From: a virus
Taxonomy: Duplodnaviria > Caudoviricetes
Strand: one strand, 5' to 3'
DNA: 51,856 nucleotides
Virus record (IMG/VR): IMGVR_UViG_3300025087_000092
Coordinates: 1 to 51,856 of that record
In this document: piece by piece, positions 9,087-18,109 of the stretch
Position numbering within the stretch: the stretch's first letter is position 1
Layout of the letters: each line of letters opens with the position of its first letter
Translations under genes and position numbers: made by a program
Notes under the pieces: model-generated
Seen by the model: the letters and a program-made list of their open reading frames with translations, nothing else
Told to the model about the DNA's origin: nothing
The model's database searches: none

Positions 9087-9530
9087 TTATAATTCTACCT
9101 CTCTTAATAATTTAATTGCACTGCAAGCAATGGATCCAACTGGAGCCATTTTTACTAATATTTCGACATTATCACTTATTTTAACAATATCAACAGATTC
9201 ATCCGATATTTTTTTAAGCGACGCTTTTGACATACTATTAAATAATTGCCAAAATGGTTCAATATCTTTATCAGTAACTACAATCCTTTTTATTTTTTGT
9301 GGTTGTCTTACATTGCAAACATAGCAGCGAAAGTAAGATTTATCTTTGAATGAAATAAAATTTTTTACTGCTTTTTTTGTGCTGAACACAAATAATTTTG
9401 AACCTTCTAGTTTTGGCATAATCCACTCATTAAGTATATACTTAATAGAATATTGACTATACAATTCAAGATTTAAAATATTAAGTATAGATTTATTATC
9501 TAACGTGGTTAATTTATAGTATGTTTTCAT
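9087..9530 (-). CDS. Hypothetical protein
   Basis: 147-aa ORF packed in the operon. Confidence 0.65.
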   Translation of the reverse strand: MKTYYKLTTLDNKSILNILNLELYSQYSIKYILNEWIMPKLEGSKLFVFSTKKAVKNFISFKDKSYFRCYVCNVRQPQKIKRIVVTDKDIEPFWQLFNSMSKASLKKISDESVDIVKISDNVEILVKMAPVGSIACSAIKLLREVEL

Positions 9531-9795
9531 CCATTTCCTCCAATTCTCGTGCCATTTTTTGTAATTCTGCCATAATGTTTTTACATTCTTTCTTTTTCTT
9601 TGATTTCTTTGGGCTAATATCTTTTAATTCTTCTTCTGGTTTATCATGCTTATTCAGCTTGCCACCAAGTTCAGCAAATTGATGATGCTTATTTTCTATA
9701 CTTATACTATCAACAAGCAATAATTTTAATTGCTCATTATCCATAGCAATTAAAGCTTCTGTAGTATAGCCGAGAATTTCTTCAATTGTTGCCAT
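9514..9795 (-). CDS. Hypothetical protein
   Basis: 93-aa ORF with Lys-rich patch. Confidence 0.65.
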   Translation of the reverse strand: MATIEEILGYTTEALIAMDNEQLKLLLVDSISIENKHHQFAELGGKLNKHDKPEEELKDISPKKSKKKKECKNIMAELQKMARELEEMDENIL

Positions 9796-9798
9796 ATT

Positions 9799-10347
9799 TC
9801 ATGATTTTACCATAGTTATAGACTTGTTATCTATTGATATTTCAATTGAAGTTCCTTCAATCAAATTTCTAACCCATTGAATGTCCGCTGTGGTTAAATC
9901 AAGATTAATTAATCGCAGAATAGTTTCACTTGAAGCTAACCATGATTCAATCTTATCTTTCCATGTTTCAATCAGATCTTCAGAAGCATGAAAATCTGGC
10001 GTTATTCTACTTGTAGGAAATGATACAATTATTCCCTCGATTTTATGCCGGAATTTTATCATTCCGCGTAGCATTAATAAATATTCAATGGAAGGCAATG
10101 ATTCTGGAGCGTGATCTTTAAATAAATTATAATGATCAATAATCCAACGCAAACCATCGGTTATGCGTTGCTTCATAGTGCCTGGAGCAAGCCGTTGATT
10201 TTTGAATGGAACAATAATATCCTTATTTATTTTACTTTTGTCCAACATGTGAACAACAGCCTGTGTATAAATAGGTAGAAAGCGTATTGCATTATTGATG
10301 CAATAGCTACTTCGTTTTATGATTGGTCTGTTGGTTTGTGGCGGCAT
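9799..10347 (-). CDS. Hypothetical protein
   Basis: 182-aa ORF with 3-nt spacing to both neighbours. Confidence 0.7.
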   Translation of the reverse strand: MPPQTNRPIIKRSSYCINNAIRFLPIYTQAVVHMLDKSKINKDIIVPFKNQRLAPGTMKQRITDGLRWIIDHYNLFKDHAPESLPSIEYLLMLRGMIKFRHKIEGIIVSFPTSRITPDFHASEDLIETWKDKIESWLASSETILRLINLDLTTADIQWVRNLIEGTSIEISIDNKSITMVKS

Positions 10348-10350
10348 AAA

Positions 10351-10710
10351 TTATATTGTTTGTGTGTGCAACCACTCCTTGTGTTCAAAAGTAGGCTTTT
10401 CGCCTTCCTTACTACGCTTAGTGTTGAATGATTCGTAAATACGAATATTTGTTATGTTTTTTGTAAAATTATGAAAACGCAACAATGCCCACCGAATTGG
10501 CGCCGGAATAACACCATAAATATTTAAATACCTTACATTCGTATCTTGCAATCGATCAAATAACTCTTTAACAACTTTAAAAGCTTCATCAGTCGTAGTA
10601 ATTTCCCTGCTTGCTAAATCAGTAAAATCAATTGTAGATCTTTCACCAATTTCATTAAGTTGAGCTTGCGTCAATTGATGACGCGTAAAAACTATTGCTA
10701 ATGTTCTCAT
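10351..10710 (-). CDS. Small alpha/beta protein, Csx16/Csx20-like (candidate ring nuclease), paralog A
   Basis: IVFTRHQLTxAQ N-terminus and TKRSKE...FEHKEW C-terminus; ATG 10710 chosen by alignment with paralog B. Confidence 0.45.
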   Translation of the reverse strand: MRTLAIVFTRHQLTQAQLNEIGERSTIDFTDLASREITTTDEAFKVVKELFDRLQDTNVRYLNIYGVIPAPIRWALLRFHNFTKNITNIRIYESFNTKRSKEGEKPTFEHKEWLHTQTI

Positions 10711-10718
10711 ATATTGTA

Positions 10719-11051
10719 TTATATTGTTTGTGTGTATAACCATTCAGAAACATTTTCGTGCTTAAACAATTCATGCACATGAATTGTTTTTGTTAGTTGG
10801 GCTTTATTTTTTAATTCAATTAAAGCCCACCGAATTGGCGGAGGAATAGTTCCATAAATATTAATTGTCTGCAATCTTGGATATTGCTGCTTTATTCGAT
10901 TAAACAATTCCATAACAATTTTTAAAGCCTTATCTGTTGAAGGAATTTTTTGATTACTATTAAAATAAATATAATCAAGATCAAGTTTAGCTTGCGCCAA
11001 CTGATCTTGTGTTAATCTACGCTTAGTAAAAACTATTGCTAATGTTCTCAT
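10719..11051 (-). CDS. Tandem paralog B of the preceding gene
   Basis: Shares MRTLAIVFT, NIYGxIPxPIRWAL and EWLxTQTI; 26 identical nt at the 5' end. Confidence 0.7.
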   Translation of the reverse strand: MRTLAIVFTKRRLTQDQLAQAKLDLDYIYFNSNQKIPSTDKALKIVMELFNRIKQQYPRLQTINIYGTIPPPIRWALIELKNKAQLTKTIHVHELFKHENVSEWLYTQTI

Positions 11052-11087
11052 GATAACGACCAAGTTTTGTTGTAACGTATCTAGATT

Positions 11088-11132
11088 AAAATAAAATAAA
11101 ACCGACTTAACTATATTTCAAATTAAGTCGGT
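11088..11132 (-). terminator. Rho-independent terminator
   Basis: 10-bp perfect stem ACCGACTTAA/TTAAGTCGGT, 12-nt loop, T-rich tail on the minus strand. Confidence 0.8.
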
Positions 11133-11147
11133 CTTTAGTTAGTGTTG

Positions 11148-11654
11148 TTAACCTTCGTCCAAATCTTGCATAGCCAGTTCCATGGCTTGCGTCATAAGTT
11201 GCTTGGCGAGTTTCTTGTCGCCTTGTTTCATAGCTTCCCGTGCTTGACGGAAAAGTTTTTCCGGCGTTATATCACGTTCACCGGGCTTGAATGCCTCAGC
11301 ATCTTCTTCCGTTAATAACAGAATCTTATCTTCTGCTATCAACTTACTCCACGCCTTCTTTTGTTCTAATGCATCATCGAATTTAGGCAATCGTCCCTTG
11401 GCCTTGTTACGCATGCTAAACGCAATTGCACTATTAATAAGCGCAAGCATTGTGGCCTCTGTATATTTTTCGATTGCTGCAGCAAGTGATTTAAACTGAA
11501 TAATATAAAAAGAGAATCCGGAAGCCGCTCCATCAAAATCTTTCTTCTCAAGATAATATTCGCCCTTATCCACTCGAACTGTTTTTTCTTCTTCGTTTTC
11601 TGCCAATTCGGCAGGATTAATCTGATTTGTATTAATAATATTTTCTTCTGGCAT
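11148..11654 (-). CDS. Hypothetical helical protein, probably its own transcription unit
   Basis: ATG 11654 preceded by SD-like AAAGGGAG; own sigma54 promoter upstream and terminator downstream. Confidence 0.75.
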   Translation of the reverse strand: MPEENIINTNQINPAELAENEEEKTVRVDKGEYYLEKKDFDGAASGFSFYIIQFKSLAAAIEKYTEATMLALINSAIAFSMRNKAKGRLPKFDDALEQKKAWSKLIAEDKILLLTEEDAEAFKPGERDITPEKLFRQAREAMKQGDKKLAKQLMTQAMELAMQDLDEG

Positions 11655-11715
11655 AATGTTCTCCCTTTTATTGTTGCTAACCTGGCTTACCACAATAGGC
11701 TTGCCCTTGCACATA

Positions 11716-11756
11716 CACACATAGCAATCGGCATGCCAATGTAGATGCTATGTGTG
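11716..11756. repeat. 11-bp inverted repeat enclosing the sigma54 promoter
   Basis: CACACATAGCA (11716-26) / TGCTATGTGTG (11746-56). Confidence 0.8.
11723..11739 (-). promoter_or_regulatory. Sigma54 (-24/-12) promoter
   Basis: TTGGCATGCCGATTGCT, GG-N10-GC; intergenic, just past the bEBP stop. Confidence 0.8.
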
Positions 11757-11763
11757 CAAAATT

Positions 11764-12543
11764 TTATAAATCCCCTAGTATATTAGCCCGGGAAATTAAA
11801 TTAATTAATTCTCTTACATTACCTTTTAATTCTTCTCCTCTTTGTCTCATGCACATTATTTCCATAAATACTTTACATGCAATATCTTTATCTTTTGCAT
11901 AATGTTGACATAATAATTCTATATCTTTTATTGGTCTGCTGCGTAATGGAGGAATATGAATTATTATTGATGAAATTCTGTAGTATAAATCTTCTCGAAA
12001 TTTCTTTTGCTTGACTAATTCTATCAAGTCCGTGTTTGTGGCGCAAACTAATCTACAATTTGCGTGTTGTTCTTTGGTATCACCCAACCTACGGTAGAAA
12101 CCATTTTGTAGAAATCTTAACAATTTACTTTGCAATATCCAAGGCATGTCACCAATTTCATCAAGAAATAAAGTGCCACCATTTGCTTCTGTAACTAATC
12201 CATCTCTATCATACATACAACCCGTATAACTACCTTTAGTTGCGCCAAAAAATTCTGCCTCAAGTAATTCACTGGGTATTCCAGCGCAGTTAACAGCAAC
12301 AAACTGTGCTGGATTTTTACCGTGTAGGGCTTGAGCAATTAATTCTTTTCCGGTTCCAGTTTCTCCTAATATTAGAACTGGAATCGTTTTAATAGCTAGT
12401 TTACGTATTATTTGTTTTATAAATTCTATTGTTGGATCTGTCGTTATGAACTTTTCAAGTATTTCATTAGTTGATGCAGCATAATCTTCTTCATCTAATT
12501 GCTGCTCAAATTTCTTCATTTGTTCAATCAATTTATTGTTCAT
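11764..12543 (-). CDS. Sigma54-dependent transcriptional activator (bEBP), AAA+ domain only
   Basis: GETGTGKE, VNCAGIP, LEAEFFG, KGSYTG (GAFTGA loop), TLFLDEIG, QSKLLRFLQ, CATN, FREDLYYR, GNVREL; no C-terminal HTH, no receiver or GAF domain. Confidence 0.95.
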   Translation of the reverse strand: MNNKLIEQMKKFEQQLDEEDYAASTNEILEKFITTDPTIEFIKQIIRKLAIKTIPVLILGETGTGKELIAQALHGKNPAQFVAVNCAGIPSELLEAEFFGATKGSYTGCMYDRDGLVTEANGGTLFLDEIGDMPWILQSKLLRFLQNGFYRRLGDTKEQHANCRLVCATNTDLIELVKQKKFREDLYYRISSIIIHIPPLRSRPIKDIELLCQHYAKDKDIACKVFMEIMCMRQRGEELKGNVRELINLISRANILGDL

Positions 12544-12544
12544 A

Positions 12545-13408
12545 TTATTCTTCAGCTAATTTTTGTTTAAACTGAAATGCTTGGTTTATTAAAGCTAACA
12601 TTTCGTTTATAATTTCCTGTTGTGTTTTATTTTCATTAATTACCGGTATATAAATATCGGTTGATTCTATTTTATATTTATCCCAGCTAGTAGTTGCACT
12701 ATAGCCAGCACCAGAATAGAAACCAAATTTTTTTATTATATCTTTTGATTCCAATTCTTCTGAAGAAAAAATTAATCTGCGCAGCATGCTTGGGTGAGCA
12801 AATGCAAATGCTAATTTATCAATATCTGCCGGTTGATCAAATTCTTTCAAAAGAATTTGACTTGTATAAAAGTTATCATTGCCTTTTTGCACAGTATGCG
12901 AATACCACAATTCAAGTTGCCAACCAAATTTAAGCATTGCTTCTACTAAAGAAACAATACATGCCCCACGATTAAATATAGTATCATGATTTATATTTGA
13001 GATATGTCCAGCACCAATAATGAATCTTTGTAATATTTTTCCTTCTTTCAAAGATTCATAATTTGGTTTGAAATTAATCATGCAATCTGGAACACCATTA
13101 ATATAATTGCCAATATTAACAGCACCGCCAACTATATTGCTATATAGTTCTTCACTATAATCAAGTTTTGGAAAATACTTACTGATTATCGGATCAATTT
13201 GTATTTTCAATTCACGTATTTTATCTAATCCTTTTGGCCATCCAGTTCTTGCTAATTTAATTGCAGTTTCAAAATTAGGAGTGCCGGCCCATTCATTATG
13301 ATTTTTATCTGATATTCTAGATTCCTTGTCAAACTCGGTTTGCTTATCTTGTGTTGTGTATTTAAGAAAAGCATACCAATTATTGTATCTTCTTAAGATG
13401 TTTTCCAT
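12545..13408 (-). CDS. VWA-like partner of MoxR-type ATPase (DUF7192-like)
   Basis: WxGTxxFExAxxLAxxGW, GVPDCM, RGAxIxxLVE, LAFAFAHPSMLRR; overlaps the AAA gene. Confidence 0.6.
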   Translation of the reverse strand: MENILRRYNNWYAFLKYTTQDKQTEFDKESRISDKNHNEWAGTPNFETAIKLARTGWPKGLDKIRELKIQIDPIISKYFPKLDYSEELYSNIVGGAVNIGNYINGVPDCMINFKPNYESLKEGKILQRFIIGAGHISNINHDTIFNRGACIVSLVEAMLKFGWQLELWYSHTVQKGNDNFYTSQILLKEFDQPADIDKLAFAFAHPSMLRRLIFSSEELESKDIIKKFGFYSGAGYSATTSWDKYKIESTDIYIPVINENKTQQEIINEMLALINQAFQFKQKLAEE

Positions 13409-14424
13409 GGATTGAAATCTTCGGTTGAAGTTATTTCAGACTGTTTATTAAAACCAAGCTTTACGCGTGCTTTTAGTTTATCTACTTGGCTAACTTCTAG
13501 TCCACGAAGTAATACACTGCAAACAAGAAAGTTTTTGTCAACTCCACTAGCAAGCATACGGATTGCTTGAAGTGTATTACGCGGTGAGATAATATGGTTA
13601 ATAGATAATTCATCAATAGCAGCCCGAATATCCACTATACTTTTGACTGTTAAATCAAAATCATTTTTATCCTTGCCACCATACCGACAATATTCATTCC
13701 ATGCTATATTGTGTTCGAATTCTTCATCATAGGGCCAATGAAGATATACAAAAATATTTAATAGTGCTTTATCTTGTGGATTGCGTCCGACATACTGTGC
13801 ATCTGCACCATTGCCAATGGTATTTGCACCAGCAACGAGGCGAAAATTAGGATGCTTATTTATGTTACCAATTGATGGAAAATGACAAACATCCCCGTCA
13901 TTAAGCATCTTTAATGCAACATTAGTGTTTGCGTTGCCATTATCTATTTCATCTATAAATAACAGACCACCATTTTTATATGGTTCATATGCAATGCCTG
14001 GGACATATTTACCATTTGCATCAGTATAGCCAATAATTTCATAAATCATAGTCTCTCTTGAAACTACCTTGCGATATGATTGTAGTTGCATTTGATTTGC
14101 AGCATTAATTACTGCAACAGTTTTGCCGCTACCAGTCGGGCCATATAAATATATAGCATCAGGCCGAGTAAGGCATGATAATAGCAAAGGATAGTTTTTG
14201 TGTTGTGATTTAACCACAAGCTCATTAGACAGTTGTGGTATATCAAGTGGTTTGAATTTAATTATTGTTTCGGCAGGTTTATTGCCTGCTATAAATGCTT
14301 TAATATCTTCAGCATTAATTAGCTTGTGAGCAATAATTTCGTTATGTATAATATCACAAATAACTCGTTCGTCAATTTTAACCTGTTTACTGACTTCATC
14401 AGTGATTATTTTTAACAAGTCCAT
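13393..14424 (-). CDS. MoxR/CbbQ-like AAA+ ATPase
   Basis: GPTGSGKT, GGLLFIDEID, HPNFRLVAGANTxGxG, YVGRN, ISPR. Confidence 0.88.
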   Translation of the reverse strand: MDLLKIITDEVSKQVKIDERVICDIIHNEIIAHKLINAEDIKAFIAGNKPAETIIKFKPLDIPQLSNELVVKSQHKNYPLLLSCLTRPDAIYLYGPTGSGKTVAVINAANQMQLQSYRKVVSRETMIYEIIGYTDANGKYVPGIAYEPYKNGGLLFIDEIDNGNANTNVALKMLNDGDVCHFPSIGNINKHPNFRLVAGANTIGNGADAQYVGRNPQDKALLNIFVYLHWPYDEEFEHNIAWNEYCRYGGKDKNDFDLTVKSIVDIRAAIDELSINHIISPRNTLQAIRMLASGVDKNFLVCSVLLRGLEVSQVDKLKARVKLGFNKQSEITSTEDFNPWKTS

Positions 14425-14426
14425 AT

Positions 14427-14696
14427 TTAATTCTTGAATTCCCGTTTTTCACAAGGTTTAAACATAATCCACTCTGGACTTATAGTTGTTTGATGCGTAT
14501 AGATGCCAGCTTTTTTGCACATAGTAGTAATTTGTCCACGTCTTGTTTGTGGACAAATTATTGTTTCACCGTTTTGCAAACGAGCAAAATACTCCTTGTT
14601 ACTTGGCATTGTTAACGGTATTATGACTTCAATTTTTGTTGAACCATTTGGTAATTTTGTTATGGTTACTTTCATAAATCCTTTTTGTTGAGCCAC
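14427..14696 (-). CDS. Hypothetical protein
   Basis: Packed early-region ORF. Confidence 0.55.
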   Translation of the reverse strand: MAQQKGFMKVTITKLPNGSTKIEVIIPLTMPSNKEYFARLQNGETIICPQTRRGQITTMCKKAGIYTHQTTISPEWIMFKPCEKREFKN

Positions 14697-14911
14697 TCCA
14701 CACAGTGTTGTTCATTACTTTCCAACCATTTTTGCAGCATTTGTGCCGGCGTGCAATCATATTCCAAATATTTTACACAACATTCTGCGTAGTAAGCTAG
14801 CAAAGCTAGCTTACAACTGTTATATTTTATATCTGCAACAGCCCCTTGTTGAATATGGTGATATTTCTCCATCGCATATTGCACATATTCCCAATTTTTG
14901 TATAATGCCAT
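14672..14911 (-). CDS. Hypothetical protein
   Basis: Packed early-region ORF. Confidence 0.55.
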   Translation of the reverse strand: MALYKNWEYVQYAMEKYHHIQQGAVADIKYNSCKLALLAYYAECCVKYLEYDCTPAQMLQKWLESNEQHCVEWLNKKDL

Positions 14912-14914
14912 AAA

Positions 14915-15118
14915 TTATTCTTGTAGTTTAATTATGTAAACTTCCCCGTTGTTGCTATCTTTATGACGATAACTTGTATCACTATCTAGATTAAAGATTC
15001 CTTTCGGGTTAGCCAGTCCAGCATTAAACAATGCTAGAAATGCTTCCTGCATTGTGAATCCATCTTGCTTCCATGGATGTTCTTTGCCTACAGTATAAGC
15101 AAATTTATATTCATTCAT
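14915..15118 (-). CDS. Hypothetical protein
   Basis: Packed early-region ORF. Confidence 0.55.
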   Translation of the reverse strand: MNEYKFAYTVGKEHPWKQDGFTMQEAFLALFNAGLANPKGIFNLDSDTSYRHKDSNNGEVYIIKLQE

Positions 15119-15490
15119 TTATATATTATTTGTCCTGTAATTTTCGTCTTCTAGCAGACTGATCCTTTCACGTAGTTCGTAATATTTTTCAGTCCATTCT
15201 ATACAATTCTTTTTAAAACCGACAGAATTAATATCACAGTGATGCACTGTGCACACTGGTCGTAAATACGGTGGCACTACACAACCCTGCGGACCAATAA
15301 ACGGTATTGGTCCATTGCTTGCAGGTAATAGTTTTATATTGTATTTTTCAAATGCATAATCCACTGTAAATTTGCAGTATTCTGCGGAACAGCAACTGTA
15401 TGCTGTTTTGCAATAATCTCGACAATCGGCTAATGTGAAATCAGCCATCTCTTGATATGCTTGAATCAATTGTAGGAGTTTATTTTTCAT
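15119..15490 (-). CDS. Cys-cluster protein (CxxxCxxxxxCC, YkgJ-like Zn/Fe-chelating)
   Basis: CRDYCKTAYSCC...PFIGPQGC...RPVC...C. Confidence 0.65.
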   Translation of the reverse strand: MKNKLLQLIQAYQEMADFTLADCRDYCKTAYSCCSAEYCKFTVDYAFEKYNIKLLPASNGPIPFIGPQGCVVPPYLRPVCTVHHCDINSVGFKKNCIEWTEKYYELRERISLLEDENYRTNNI

Positions 15491-15876
15491 ATTACTACTG
15501 GTATCTCTATGACATCATTTTTATATGTTTCAAAGAAAGCTAATAATTTTTTGTCAAAATTATTAGCTTTTGGACTGAATGCATAACCAAACCATCCACC
15601 AGTATGAACTTTTCTTATTTCAGCACCATATAATTCCATTTTGCCTAGTAAATGCAATGGAATCATATAGTGCTTGTGCAATATTGTCGTGTTTGAACTA
15701 TTAGTTGTCAACAATTGAAACACTATGTAACCTGCTGATTTCAATTCACTTGTATGAATTTTTAACAAATTCACGCAATCATCAATAATTTTTTTGCTTT
15801 CAGCAATAATAAGCTGATTTTTATTGATTGCAATGGTCAACTTATACACTTTGTGTGCTATCTGTTTCTTGTTCAT
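15487..15876 (-). CDS. Hypothetical protein
   Basis: Packed early-region ORF. Confidence 0.6.
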   Translation of the reverse strand: MNKKQIAHKVYKLTIAINKNQLIIAESKKIIDDCVNLLKIHTSELKSAGYIVFQLLTTNSSNTTILHKHYMIPLHLLGKMELYGAEIRKVHTGGWFGYAFSPKANNFDKKLLAFFETYKNDVIEIPVVI

Positions 15877-15886
15877 TGGCTATAAT

Positions 15887-17383
15887 TTATTGGTTGTAGT
15901 TATCTAAATCAATACTATCAAGTATGCTTTCTCCGGCTTCATCCTTATCTAGTGCTTCTTCTTCTAACTTAGATTCCATTTCGGAATCCACGTTTTCATT
16001 TAGAATATCTAACCAGCTTTCTTTCCTTGTAACAAGCTCCTTCAAAGAATGCAATCCAAGGTCCATTTTGTATTTAACCCTTTCCTCAATAGTGCCTGCA
16101 TACAACACAACATCTTGATATGTTGTGCTTTGAGTCAATACTCTGTGCGCTCTACCTAATGCTTGGACCATTTCAATTGGCGACCAAGTAACAGGTAGAA
16201 TAACATGCCTTGGACGGGCATTCTTATGCCCTGTCTGATGATCAAGCGACAAACCAACGCCACCACACTTGAGAATCATCAAACAATAGTTTGATTGTCC
16301 GCGTTGGAATTTATCTATATTCTCTTGGCGCACCTTTTCTGTTTGGTTGCCGTAGATAACGGATATTTCATCCGGTTTGACGCTATTTTTAATTAGTGTT
16401 TTTCCAACTAATTCTAATACGTCTATGAAGTTGCAAGCAATGATGATTTGCTTATTATTGTGCTTGTTAATTTCAATGGCAATCCGGGCTAGCTTAGGAG
16501 CCCGAAGAATTTCGCTAATTTGGCGAAATTTTAGGAATGCTACCCAAACTGCAGCAAGACCCATTAAAGGATTGCGTCCCTTTTCTGCACGTACTTTTTG
16601 ATATTCGGCAAAGGCCGAATGATAAATTGCACGCTGTTCGTCATTTTCGAAATTGATCAATTGAGTTTTGATAATTGTCCGGTGCAGAAATTTAGGTGAG
16701 TTGATATTCACCTTAAGTTGACGCTCCAGCAAGAATTCGTTAAATCGCCTCATTACAATTGGCGATGGTTGACTTGGTGGATTATTCCAATTGCAAAAAT
16801 CATTTTGCAAACTGTGCCAAGATTGTGGGCTATTGCAAAGTTTTAAACCGTAACTCAATACTTGCAAATCATCAAATTTTACGCCAGGCGTTGCCGATGA
16901 AAAAATAACACGTCCGCCCTGCAAGATATATGCAAGCAATACTTTGCTGCACAAAGCGTCTATGTTTTTTACCGACTGGCATTCGTCGGCGATGACTAAA
17001 TCTGGCATATCCTCATTACGCCAGATAGGTTCGTAAGCTATTTCGCCGGCTACAATTTTGCTAACCCAGTCGAGCCAGAATTCACCAAATCCAGCGCGCA
17101 TGGAGTCATAGCTTTCTACTGCAACATGCTGCAAACCAAATTGCTTGCAAACACGCCGGGTTTGTGTTTTTACTGATTTCTTGGTTAACCACAAAATGGA
17201 ACAGAGTTTGCCTTGTCCATTTTGATAGAAACCATGTTGCTGTAACCTTGCAATTGCTGCTGCAATTACATAGGTTTTACCCGAACCTGCCTGTCCAGTT
17301 AGCAGGGCAGATTTGTTCGCCAAGATATTATCTACTAAATCTTGGCTAGGTTTGATCTGAAATTGTAATAACTCGGCATTCAT
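15887..17383 (-). CDS. SF2 (SNF2-like) helicase/ATPase
   Basis: GQAGSGKT, IADECQ, SATP, GGVGLSL, WSP..MVQALGRAHR. Confidence 0.9.
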   Translation of the reverse strand: MNAELLQFQIKPSQDLVDNILANKSALLTGQAGSGKTYVIAAAIARLQQHGFYQNGQGKLCSILWLTKKSVKTQTRRVCKQFGLQHVAVESYDSMRAGFGEFWLDWVSKIVAGEIAYEPIWRNEDMPDLVIADECQSVKNIDALCSKVLLAYILQGGRVIFSSATPGVKFDDLQVLSYGLKLCNSPQSWHSLQNDFCNWNNPPSQPSPIVMRRFNEFLLERQLKVNINSPKFLHRTIIKTQLINFENDEQRAIYHSAFAEYQKVRAEKGRNPLMGLAAVWVAFLKFRQISEILRAPKLARIAIEINKHNNKQIIIACNFIDVLELVGKTLIKNSVKPDEISVIYGNQTEKVRQENIDKFQRGQSNYCLMILKCGGVGLSLDHQTGHKNARPRHVILPVTWSPIEMVQALGRAHRVLTQSTTYQDVVLYAGTIEERVKYKMDLGLHSLKELVTRKESWLDILNENVDSEMESKLEEEALDKDEAGESILDSIDLDNYNQ

Positions 17384-17389
17384 GCTATT

Positions 17390-17629
17390 TTAGTTATTTT
17401 CAAATCTTTTGCTACAAGCAAATCTTGCAGCAATGAGCAATTCTGCTATTACTTCCGCCATTTGTGCAGAAGTTAAACCTTTTGTAAAGATTACTCCTGC
17501 TGCTATCGCTTCAAGAGTAATGCGTTCTTCGCTTTCTTTTTGCAACTTGCTATCCAATAGCAAGCACAATACTGAACCAATACCTTTTTGAGTTATCATT
17601 GCAAAAATAACTTTAAATTGAATTGCCAT
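17390..17629 (-). CDS. Hypothetical protein
   Basis: 79-aa ORF in the operon. Confidence 0.45.
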   Translation of the reverse strand: MAIQFKVIFAMITQKGIGSVLCLLLDSKLQKESEERITLEAIAAGVIFTKGLTSAQMAEVIAELLIAARFACSKRFENN

Positions 17630-18054
17630 TTGGCAAGCAAATTATCTAGCTTGTTTTTCATGACTTCACTGCACAATTCGTGCATGTAGTCATGAATTAG
17701 TTGTTTTACAACGGCTTCGCCATGCTTGGCAACAAATTCTGGTTTGTGCTGCATGAACAACACATATATGGCGTTGGCGGCTTCTGCCTGTCTATTTGCT
17801 TGCTGCATTTCTACAGCAATGGTTGCTTTAAGCCGCCGTTGCCTTTCAGTGCTGGCTTGCCATGTTTTCAAGCGCCACAGTTTATACACTGCTCCACACT
17901 GTTCAATATGAATGAATTGTTCATGTCCTGCTATGCTAGTGATTGATGCGTATTGAGCCGCATCAATCACTGCATACTCGCAGAAACGATGATCAGGAGT
18001 AAGTAAATTGATATATTCCCCAAGGGAAATAATTATTGTTGGCTTATTATTCAT
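17596..18054 (-). CDS. Hypothetical protein
   Basis: 152-aa ORF with ATG start. Confidence 0.65.
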   Translation of the reverse strand: MNNKPTIIISLGEYINLLTPDHRFCEYAVIDAAQYASITSIAGHEQFIHIEQCGAVYKLWRLKTWQASTERQRRLKATIAVEMQQANRQAEAANAIYVLFMQHKPEFVAKHGEAVVKQLIHDYMHELCSEVMKNKLDNLLAKWQFNLKLFLQ

Positions 18055-18109
18055 AACATAAAAAAGCTAGTCTATAATTATATAGACTAGCTTTGCTGGT
18101 AATGGGAAA

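Noticed and set aside
9539-9555. Minus-strand TGGCACGAGAATTGGA sigma54-like site
   Set aside because: Good -24 element but -12 reads GG instead of GC, and it lies inside a CDS.
10351-11051. Paralog pair as a diversity-generating retroelement TR/VR
   Set aside because: No reverse transcriptase in the genome, and the differences include indels rather than adenine-specific changes.
11655-11720. Longer N-terminus (MCMCKGK...) of the 11148 ORF
   Set aside because: That start lies upstream of the predicted TSS (about 11712); ATG 11654 has an SD.
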